NCBI GenBank assembly: GCA_050084515.1
Contig: CM114271.1
Span: forward strand, 25,730,001 to 25,794,000
Direction: 5' to 3'
Length of the DNA stretch: 64,000 nt
Source of the DNA: Blasia pusilla
Taxonomy: Eukaryota
Shown here: piece by piece, positions 52,701-64,000 of the stretch
Layout of the letters: the number at the start of each line of letters is the position of its first letter
How positions within the stretch are numbered: the first letter of the stretch is position 1
The notes under the pieces: model-generated
Told to the model about the DNA's origin: nothing
Database searches by the model: none
The model's input: the letters and a program-made list of their open reading frames with translations, nothing else
Made by a program: the position numbers and the translations under genes

Positions 52701-55700
52701 TACTCTAGGATGCACCACACAATCAGGGGGTGGTATCCAAAAGGGTCATAGTTGCATTATTGGCTACCTCAGGGTTCCTCTGACCCGTCACGCTTAGGTG
52801 CAAACGCCTCACTCCAGGCCGTCTATACGTGCTCATCAGATAAATATTGGAGCTCCTCACTCGAGCCCCACAACGACACCTCTTCTCCACGAAATGATGC
52901 GGCTACCATAACATTTCTCCCCCTAGAAGTTTTTGGCGTGGGGGTTTCCTCTGCATGGACATGCTCCTCAATCAAATTAGAAGGCCAAGTCATGGCGTTG
53001 CTAAATGCTGCTAAAGTTGCCATCTCTAATGGCGGTCGCTAAATTATTCCAACCGTGAATCTAACGGATAATGAACTAAGTCACCCATCATCAAAATGCC
53101 ATCTTGGTTTGTAGGATGCTAAATCCTCCGAGTAATCGAGGGAAAACCCATCGGATACAACACTTCTCCATCAACCAAGATGTCGTAGGACTCTGTATTG
53201 GTCACTATCGCCTTGGCTCGCACCACGGGCTCATCAGTAGGATGTATTGGGCAAATCCTCACCACAACCTCCTATTGGATGATAAACTATGTGGTACTCG
53301 CTCCACCCAAGGATGTTTGTATTCGGAATGGAAGACGCTCCACATTTGCCCTTGTCAAGCCTAAACTCGTGAATGCGGCCTTCCCGAACATCAGGGATTA
53401 CGCTCATAAATCTAACAAGACATGCTGCAGACAAAACAATCTACCTCATGGACTCACCAACTGGAAGATTTTTTCCCGATTTATCCAACAACACAACACC
53501 TGGAGCAACCATGGCACATTGTGTCGCGGATCTAGCGAACATCTCCACCATCCTAGCAACTGTAACCTACCATCAATTTGAGGTGGACGGACCGAGCATC
53601 GGCTCGAAGGGCAAGTCCATCACCTCCTCTACAATCATCTCTGAATGTGATGCAGGAATACCATCTCCACGCTCACATAGCCGAGGTTTTTGGGCCAATC
53701 GAAAAACCTCGACGGGCGTAGCTTCCAACGTCATAACATTGGAAGCTGAAAACAAAGGAGCACGGTACACCATTGTGGCCACTCCCAACATCGTACTCGA
53801 TGTTGGGGGCGACCAACATCGTACAGACTATTGCATAAGCAATAGCCTAGCCACCCCCAACGTCATACGGACTATTGCATCAACAATAGGAGTTGTCGCA
53901 ATCGCTTCTCCCATCGCCCTCTGTGCCTGCACACCAACAACATCAACTCTCCGGGAACTCAAATCAAGACCCATCGATGGGGTCCTCATTGCCTTGGACA
54001 ATGTGAAAGATTGAGGAAGCCTGGTGTGTTTCTTGGCTTCCCCTCTTTATGGATCCCACTCTACGGCGGCTCCACGTGTAACAAGAGTGGTTGCCTCCAA
54101 TTGGAAAATCACGCACATCCAGCCATGATCCTCCATATCTCCGACTGCTCCATAAGACGTCGATGCCACTCATTCAACATCGAGTAACCAACCTGCCATA
54201 GCGGAAATCTGATGTTGTAGCTTCTGTATCTAAGCAACCATCCTAGCCTCACACTCAGCATCTCCCTCAACATGTCTTGGTGGCGCAACTCTACCTCCTC
54301 CACGGGAAACTCCACCACTCCCTCAGGCAAATCCTGCTCCGCGTCCCCCAACAGGACCACTTGGTGCACGACCTCTAGGCCTATTCGGACCAAGAACTCA
54401 CTCTGGTGCCCTCTCTGGCCCTCGGTCTGGACGTAACTCAGTGTGTAGGCTGAAACACTTGGCTCGTGTGTGACCGTATCTTTGACAATAGTTACATTGA
54501 TAAACTCTTCGTGCAGCACCATCTCCTCCTCCATGCTGAGGCACGCGTTAATGACGGTTATGAGTGCAATCGCGCTAGTGATGGGCTCCACCATATGCCC
54601 AACAAATAATCGCAAGCGGTTGCTACTAAGACGCATATGAGGGCGCACATCTTTGTGGCACGGCCTCACCATATCCTCCCTGAGCTCGTGGTGCCACATA
54701 CCTATCTCGAAATCCACGTTGCTACAATGGTGGTGTAGACAATCGTGACTACTCTGGCCTAGAAACCATGGTGGCTATGCTCTCCTCCTCCATGTTACGG
54801 TCAATGTTCTTGGCGGTCGTAAAAACATCTCTCAACGTAGGTGAGATGTGCATAAGAAGCACTCCATCCCTCACCCACGTCCTCAGGTTTTGGTCCAGCA
54901 TCGCGTACCATGACTAGATAGCCTGGGACTCTATCACCCCCTAAGTAACGCTAATCAACCGGCGGAAAAGAGTGTAGGCCTCATGCAAACTCTCCCCCGG
55001 ATGCCTCTGGAAGTCGTGGATGCCCCGCAACTTTGTCGTCTGTACCTGTGGTAGCTCGTCCGCAAAGAACTCAACCACGGGGTTGAACCTGGGACAAACC
55101 CGATTGGATGGTGCAACTGCTCCAGTTCAAGTTACCCCTCCTGAAACATCATTGGTGGAAGAGGAAGTAGCCTCTTACGACTCCTCCTCCTCATATGGAA
55201 ATGGCTCAGTCCATCACACATAATGTGGGTCATAGTAGAGTCTCCATGCCTCAATCTCCTCGGCATATTGGTGGGAGAACTCACGGTAATCGTCCATGGG
55301 CGCCCCCTCTAAATATTGGAACATACCGTTCCATAATGTAAACGAGTTGAACTCTATGGAGTTCCTAACCCGTTGTGAGTCACACCAACTCCTAAACTCT
55401 GCAATAAAGTCGTGCAACTCTATAGTGCCTATAGCATCCAAAAACCTATGCGGCCCTCTACCTCGGTCGTCCATCTCTTACGGCCAACTGGTAGGACCAC
55501 TCAATATATGATGTGAATCACTAACATAATCCTCTACACTCTCCCCCTCGTCTGAAGACAACATAGAAGGAGATCAAGGTGGTCTCTTACGTGGAGACCC
55601 TCGAAACCTTACGCCACTCCACGTAAACCCTCTAGAGCTACTCTCAAGTCCACCACCTTACCTCTCAAAGTTCTGAAAGGATGCCGTCATGATCCTCGTG

Positions 55701-57220
55701 CCCGTATGACACAATCACTCTCAATCTCACGAGTAATCATTTAATCACTCAAACTAAATAGACGACACTCAATCTACACTCTTTCACTAAGACGTATGCT
55801 GTGCGACAACAAGGGGCGTGGTGAGGCAAATTGGCTAGTGTTCTATCATCTCATTGATAGAACATACCCCCAACTTTGGACATCCCACACACGTCTATGT
55901 CACGTAAACCCATACATCAACGATGCTCTCAGCATCTGCACAAAACCCAATATCCCAAATAACTACCTAATACCCAGAATTCCCTAGCACGTGCAGGGCA
56001 AAAGATTAAAATGGGTAACCTGAATAAATTTCTGTGTTGCTCCTCAAAAATTGCAAACCTTGACCCCAACTTGGTCGTGAAAACAAAATCATCCAATCCG
56101 CAAGTCATACTTCTCTGGTAGTGACGATGCTCAAATATCCTCGATGTGCGGTGCAAGTCCAACGATACGGTGTGGCACTAGACTAGCGGCATGGAACGGC
56201 TACAAACGAGAGGGCACTCAGAAATGGGATGCATCACTCACTGGCATATCCTTCTCAATCACCAAAACACACGCTCTGCTCCTCAATGATGGGGCTGCTC
56301 CGCGATCAAGACGGTGCGGTGCGACCACGAGTGGCACAACGGGGCAATCGACGTCGCGTTGCGGCTACGGGCGTCATGATACGGTACTCAATAATCGTCG
56401 AGCGGCTCCAACCTCAAGACAAGAAAAATGGAAATGGAGTTGGGACCCTATGAATCAAAAGGTCACCTTGTTGATATTAGGGATTGTACAAGTAGCAGCG
56501 ACGTGTACGGACTCAACCTACTCCTACGACGGGGGCTAGACGCGACCGTGAATAGGGGCAGTGGTTGCAACTGGCAACGGTGGCGCTGGCGACAAACATG
56601 GCCCTGAATTGCGGGGGTGGTGGCAGAAACTCATGGTGGCGGTGCGGACAGCGACGATGACAACGCAATCGACGGCGGCGGTTGCATTAGGGTTTGACGA
56701 TTTTTACCCTAAAAATCCTCTAGCTATTCTAGTTTGCAAAATCAGCCATAACTTTATGCTTGTAGCTCCAAATTATGTACGATTTGTTCCATAGCATGCA
56801 CGACTTCCCAATCTACAACGATATTTCACTAGACATTCCATTAGACATTAAAAAAAATGACGGTGATTGTCGTACAACTCTTCAATCTGCACTCCTACAA
56901 AAACATTTGGCAGCGCTTCTGCCCTCATTTCTCCCAAAAAAAAAGGTAAACATATGAAAACACAAATTAGAGAGCTAAATGGTGCTCCCAAGAGCACTAT
57001 CATGGAACAATCCACCCCCATATTCAATCTCTACGAAAATTTGGGCAGCGCTTCCGTGCGCCACTTTCTCGTACGAAAAATCGGCAAGAAATGACATCAA
57101 ACGAATGGCTCCTCCTCCCATGAGCACTCATGTGAGCCATGAAGTGGGGAATACGATCCCTAAACTGCAACAAATAGCGAACACCAACGAGCTCCTTCAT
57201 TGAAGCTCTCTCACTCTCTG

Positions 57221-57741
57221 ATTCTCTCTTTGTAACTCAATGAAATCTCACATCAACATCTCACTCTAAGCTCTCCATGGTGTGCACTCTCTCTCATGTT
57301 AAACCAAACCCACTATCCTATTGAAAGGTTTGGTTACACACACAAGGTAAGGAGGACCATAACTCTGCCGCCTCATGCTAAGAGGTTCAACAAAGAGAGA
57401 ATGAGCTCTCAAGCTCTCTCTCTTGGAGGTATACCCCCTTCCCTCTCCCAAGCCCTCTCCACGGTAATCTATGCTTGCACGTCACCTCCTTGGCTCTTGG
57501 CCTATTGTAGCGGGTCAAGGGCCACTTCCCAAAGTAGACACCTAACTATACCAAAAACAATAACTTACCCGAAATAGTAAGTTCCTCCAAATGGCTCCAA
57601 ACAAGCCGAAACAAAGGGGAAACCTGTTGTGAGAGGTTACCCGTGGCCTCAACAGGTCATCCTCAACCTCTTGAGGCTGTCCTCCAGTATCTTCGAAGGC
57701 GGTCTACTAGATCTCGCTTATCTATCCTAAAAGGCGTGACA
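57221..57741 (-). repeat. A1 repeat of copy 3 plus adjacent self-priming site
   Basis: A1 is homologous to 35307-35813 and 475-991. The sequence following A1 on the element strand (caaagagagaat) is complementary to the A-internal attctctctttg, located about 30 nt after a TATA. Confidence 0.85.
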
Positions 57742-58003
57742 AGATTTAAGGCATCATTTTGTTGTTATGGACTATGAATGGAGCGAATGGACAAGAACAT
57801 GAGATTTGCTTAGTGACTCTGGGATTTAGTTGGATTATTATAGATGTAGTACTTATCGCCGGAAAGAATGTTGGATTTAGAGTATATATCCTACATATCC
57901 TATTGATTGCATGTGATTGAGGTTTATGTTAAGATTTGTGACAATTTCAATTCCCTATCCATTTTGCCTTTGCAATGATAATCAATAAATCTCAAGGTCA
58001 ACC

Positions 58004-58484
<481 letters not shown>

Positions 58485-59104
58485 TATCTACTTGCCTAAC
58501 CCTATATTTTTTCCTAGAATAGGTTCCATGAAATCCACTCATATGATGATGGATATTGAAAATCCTTTAAAAAAGTAGTTATTTATGCCATAAATGTAAA
58601 CTACAATGAAGTGCTAGATTAAAATAAATAGAACGATCCAAATCTAAACCTTTTTTAGCCTCTATCTAGCAATATGTCTAAAAGGATGCATAGGATCAGA
58701 CCATTAAGATCGTAAGGCTTTACTCGAGAATAGATGTTCACATTTATGAAAAGAAGTGAAGATTCCTAAAAAAGAAAATGAATAGGGTTTTGTGTAAAAG
58801 GCGCGTGCATCGTATGGGCAGGCAATGTAGTACTAATAGTTATTATGCTCAAAGTTTCACGTGCATTATTTTCCATAGGACCTATTGTTCATCTATACTA
58901 TTCAGCAAAAATGCATATGCCACTAAGAGATACAAAAGTCGACAAAGATAAAAAAAATGATATCAAGGAAGGTCCAATTAAGATCTAGTGACATACATTG
59001 AGCTCTAGGTTCCCAATTACTAATTGGAAGTTAAAGAGTTTAATAGGCCACTTCCTCCCATATATACTTCTATCTATATGTATATATATATCTTTGAAGG
59101 AAAG

Positions 59105-59465
59105 GAGGTCTTAATGGAAAGTGGGCGATGGAAAAACCATCCAGAATTCAAGAAAGGGGGAGGGGGACTCAAAGAGTTGAGTACATGAAGGCCACAACCG
59201 AACCGGAAATAGAAAGGGGGGGGCACCCTCCTATCGACTAAACTCAACATGAGAGACAATATCAACAACACCTCGAGAGACGTGACTATCACTAAGTGGG
59301 TCTCTAGCGATGGTGTTTCCCACAACTTGAGCCGTCGCTTACAGTAGAGAATCATAACAGGCAATAACAACCCATTTCTCCACTGGAGATGATGAGCGCC
59401 ATCTATAAAGAACAAGTCAAACCTCTTCCCCATAACCCCATACATCTCTATGGCTAGGGGGACGA
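59105..59465 (-). mobile_element. Short 3' fragment of the CRE-like non-LTR family, upstream of CBL
   Basis: PLAIEMYGVMGKRFD...HHLQWRNGL plus a 3' UTR like 15720-15845. Confidence 0.8.
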
Positions 59466-60030
59466 ATCTAATCCCAATTTATATACCATTCCATCTCTCC
59501 ATTTCAAACTCCAGTCTCCTTTTCATCATCAAGACAAGGCCTAGTTCCTACTAGTGCCAATTCAAGGCATATTACATTCAATGGAAGTAGCTGTTCCTTA
59601 AAAATACATGCAAATTCAACTACCAAAATGAAATCGGTGCCTCGAACTTGAACGTTTGCGGGAAAATCGTAGGACTTGCCCTCATCAGCCCTGTAGTCGT
59701 AATCTATCTCGAGGTTTGGCCGGACCAGATTGCATGCCACCAGATACAGGTTGACACCGCCTGCCGAGAATAAGCGAAGCTTGGCTGAGCCGGACATGCA
59801 ATGAAGTCCGGGGAATGATGCGATTGGACGGAACAATACAGTTGCAGCAAGAATTTTACGAATTGGACGCGGACGAAGAAGAGGTCAGTGTGTTGTTGTG
59901 GTCGTGTTCGGGCACCGGGGTACGATATTGTGAATTGGAATGGCGATGGGATTATAGAGAAGGCGCGTTTGAGTCTTCCAGCTGTTGGTGTCTGTCTGAG
60001 CGGGCGCGGCGTCTTCGCTGGTAGACTGCG

Positions 60031-63000
60031 ATGATGGCCGCAGCGTTGCCTCTATCGATCCTTCAGCAAGGGGCGTTTTCATCATCTTCTCTCCGCTTGA
60101 GTGGTGGCAATAGCCGCGCTGCCCTGTTCTCTGCGAATCGCTGGGAGCAGCACATGTTCTCAGCGTCGCCTCACCGAATCTCTGTGCTTCAAACCACGTC
60201 GACTCCATCTGGTAAGACTCCTTGCAACTCACAAATGCTCACAGGTAATTTCATGGTGCGCTGACCTCTGCAGTTGTGGTGGTTGGTGGTGCTGATTTAC
60301 TTTCCGCAATGGCTACAATTGAACGAGGTTTAATTTTCGTCGTCGTTTTGGCTGGTCGGCGGATGCTTGCTTGCACTTGGACAGAGTCGGAGCCGGAGCT
60401 GAAGATGGGGGTGGCAGAGGAAGAGGAGCGAGAGTGGAGTCTGTGCACTCAGCTTCTTCATCATGATAAAACGTATGATCCTTACGATGCGGTCAGCGTT
60501 CCTCTTTACCAGACCGCTACATTCTGCCAGGTGAATGCTTCGAGCAACCCCAAAAGAAGAGCTGGAATTGTTCTTCACGCTGTCTGACCCTCTTGGCTTC
60601 TCTTCTTGGTTACCCTTGGACAAGAATTCTGTTCTTTCATTCATTCTCTACAGCTTGATTACGGAGACAGGTGCAATGTGATTCTATTAAATTAATCGAA
60701 AGGAAACAAAATGTAACCTTCTCAGACGCTAGCTGATATTCGTTTTCTTTTGCTGGTATAAATTTGTACGAAAGCCCTCAGCGACTGAGCCCGGATCGTA
60801 TGACTACACCAGAAGCGGTAATCCCACTCGAGATTCGCTTGAGAAGTAAGTTAAATTGGATGTGTACTGTATAAGTTGCTTCTCAATTTTTGAGGAGTAC
60901 AGCTGTGGTTTTCCTTTAGCTGATGGATCTTGGACTATCTCGTAGGCATGGAAGCCAATACATTCTGATCTCAAAAAACAATTTGCAGCCCTTACAGCTG
61001 AGGTTGCGGCTAGTTTCTACTTTCCTTGTGTCCAAGTTTCATGTAGTCTGTGTTGACGTGATTAAAGCTCTCACCCCTTCGATTTCGGCTTACATTCCAA
61101 CATATGTGTAGGTTGTTGGCTAAGCTGGAAGGAGCAGATCGGGCATTTTGTTTTACATCTGGCATGGCCGCCTTGACTACAGTTACTCATCTACTTAAAT
61201 CAGGTGCGTGTATAGAGTAATTTTGCTATTTTTCGAGGGTTTAAGGGTTTTTTAGGTGATGAGATTAATGATCTTTAGCAAAGAGCCTCTTAGGCTTGCC
61301 CATGAAGAAGGTGAATCCTCAATTGATGTCTTAGCTAACAAGATATAAATTTACGTTGTGTTTCACTGCCAACTTCAACTCATAAATCTCTCATGTCATG
61401 TGCAAGAGAGGGAAAATCGTGAGGGGCTCTTTCTGAGTTGTGAACTTCTCCTCATCTAAGTGCATGTTTTGGATCTTCTCAGCTGAATTGGTGAGCTCGT
61501 TTGTTTGTTGATAATATCAAGTTCTCAGTTGTGAGAATAATCTCATATGTTCCTTTTTATCACAAGGTCAACCGTCTGGATTGTAACCCTTGGTGACTGT
61601 AATAGCTGTAAATCATCGATTGAGCTATCTTTGGAACTTTTGTGGTTTACCTGGGCCCTCCACTCTGAGGACCTGACCATACAGTGTGAGCATGAGGTTG
61701 AACGTTAACAGAGATTATGCTTTGTGTTTTTGGGTGGAATATGATTCTTCTTGTACTGTAGATTGAAGGAAATGCTATCAGGAGATCCATTAAAACGGAG
61801 ACAGTTTGAGGCTGAAAATTGGTTTTGAAATGTATGAAGGGTGGCATTCATGTAACAGTTTTTTGTGTGTTTTTGTGGCAGGGCAAGAAATTGTGGTTGG
61901 TGATGACATTTATGGCGGTTCAGACAGACTGCTATCACAAATAGTTCCAAAGAATGGTGTCATAGTAAAGTATTACTCTTAAGGGTAGATCTTATTTCGG
62001 AAAATTGTTTGTTCTGATTTGATTTTCACTGCTTTGAATCTCTAGGAATCTTTGTGAGAGGCTTGGAGGTTTATCACATTCTTTTGAGTTTGTTGGTGGT
62101 TCAAATTTTCAAAGGGAATTGTCAGCTTTAGTTCTTATATTAGGTGGTCATCTCACAGGCGGGTAGATATGAGTAATCTTGAAGAAGTACGGGCAGCTGT
62201 GGGCCCTACAACAAAGCTGGTGTGGTTGGAGAGCCCAACGAATCCTCGCATAATGATCGCAGACATTCGTGTACATTTCTTCCTCTTCTTAATTCAATGT
62301 TGTTTCCCCTTATTTGTATTACGTGAACGATGGAATGAATAAACTGATTGTTTGTCCAGTGGTACGCAAGAGATCCACAAGGGAGCATTCAGTGATTTGC
62401 GGTGACTATATATTTTTGTTGGGTGGAAACCTTTCTGAGAAAAGCTTCAGGTTTTGATGAATTTGGAAGATTTACAGGAAATAGCAGATATTGCACACAA
62501 ACATGGAGCCCTAGTGATGGTCGACAATAGTATTATGTCTCCAATACTTTCCAGACCACTTGAGTTGGGGGCAGGTAAGAAAGAGTCTGGGTGCACAGAA
62601 TTGGAATCACGTTTAGCTTATCTTGAGTTTAGGTATGCAGGAACTTGCTTTGTGGACGTGTTGAATCTAAAGGTTCTAAGTCAAGAAGGAATGTTTACTC
62701 TGAGTGTGGTTTAAGTTTGAATAGATTATTTTTTCTGGAGCTTTTCACCAGAGTTTGGATGCCTGGCGGTTTACATTTTCTCAGCATGAATCTAGCAAAG
62801 AAGGCTTCCAACCTTACAGATATGATCTTTTGCTTCAACAAAACTGTTTGTTTCTTGCAAGGTTCACAGATATTGTGATGCATTCAGCTACAAAATTTAT
62901 TTCGGGCCACAGTGATATCATGGCTGGTGTTCTTGCTGTGAAGGATCCAAGGTATGGATGTCAATCAGCTACTTATCGTCAAAATGGAATCAGATCCCTA

Positions 63001-64000
63001 TGAGGAAACGTGGAGGTTTGTCATGATGTAAACCAAGCCAGCACTGGCTTGCCTTCATCACTTTCGTAATGCTGCACCACTGTCCTGATACAATCACTCC
63101 TGGGCCATTTCTATGAGAACCTTTCATTAAGACAACAGAAGAGTGAATTAAAGTTTTGCACTCACTGACGCCAGGGGCCAAGGGATAGACAGAAATGTCA
63201 AGGTCTAAGCAGGCACTAGCAGAGCCCAGACAGTGTGCAAAGGTCGTCAGGAAAGAAGCCTTCCGTGAGTCTTCTGAATCATATAAATGTGCTACTTCAA
63301 GTATTTGCCTTATCTTTACATTTAGAGTCCTCGAGCACAACTACCCTGTTACTTCTGTTGTCATATAATGATGGAATTCGTATGCAGATGTGGGTCTAGT
63401 TGAGTGTAGAATAGGGCGAAACAAAGGACTTAAGTGAATCCTATTTTCACCCTATTCATAATAAGCATGCTTAACCTGTGCAGTCTGGCAAAGGAGCTTT
63501 ATTTTCTGCAAAATGCGGAGGGCACAGGCTTAGCACCATTCGACTGTTGGCTATGCCTCCGTGGTATCAAGACTATGGCACTTCGTGTTGAAAAGCAACA
63601 GGTTCTGGGATTCTCAGTTGGTCTTTATTTTGCAAGTTCCCGTCTGTGAGGAAACCTTCTGTTTTTGTGATTTGTTCCTTCACGAACGAAATAGAGATTT
63701 GAAACTCTCCATTCTTCCTTGTGGTGTAACAGGCCAATGCACAAAAGATAGCAGAGTTTCTTGATACACATCCGCAAATCAAGAAGGTCAACTATGCTGG
63801 ACTCCTGGGACATGTTGGTCGAGATTTGCACTTCTCACAGGTATATTTATCCTACCAGTGAGTTCTGCAAACACTTTTCAAAGTACCAGGGATTGGGTCT
63901 AAGGGTAAACTCTTAATGGGACACATGTGTGAACAGTGCAAGGGTGCGGGATCTGTTCTGAGCTTCACGACTGGTTCTTTGGCGGCATCTAAGCATATTG
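60031..64000 (+). CDS. CBL: Cystathionine beta-lyase, plastid-targeted (multi-exon, continues beyond window)
   Basis: Ser-rich transit-like N-terminus; DPYDAVSVPLYQTATF, YDYTRSGNPTR, FTSGMAAL, DDIYGGSDRLL, WLESPTNP, VDNSIMSP, HSATKFISGHSD (PLP lysine), GLAPFDCWLCLRGIKTMALRV, GAGSVLSF; GT-AG introns. Confidence 0.95.

Noticed and set aside
58800-58840. Additional Helitron 3' end
   Set aside because: Hairpin and CTAG are too degenerate to support.

Overview
Land-plant genomic DNA, probably from a non-seed plant (inferred from the TE types; the taxon cannot be determined). The window holds two intron-rich host genes in head-to-head orientation that catalyse consecutive steps of methionine synthesis: cobalamin-independent methionine synthase (minus, 19809-24071) and cystathionine beta-lyase (plus, 60031 to past the window end). 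Most of the rest is nested, decayed transposons: a Helitron, CRE-type non-LTR fragments, a chromovirus LTR element, a CACTA-like element, a degraded Ty3/Gypsy and long GA microsatellites. The standout is three copies (two families; 1-1119, 3270-12186, 35179-57741) of an unusual Ty3/Gypsy-like retrotransposon. It encodes gag-PR-[DNMT3-like C5 methyltransferase]-RT-RH-DDE integrase-PHD finger. Instead of normal LTRs it has split direct repeats, A1-body-PPT-B1-NN-A2-B2, with an internal CA-NN-TG att-like junction, a Tf1-like self-priming site in place of a tRNA PBS, and apparent 4-bp TSDs. This architecture suggests integration from a circular intermediate cut at an LTR-internal site. That mechanism is inferred, not shown.
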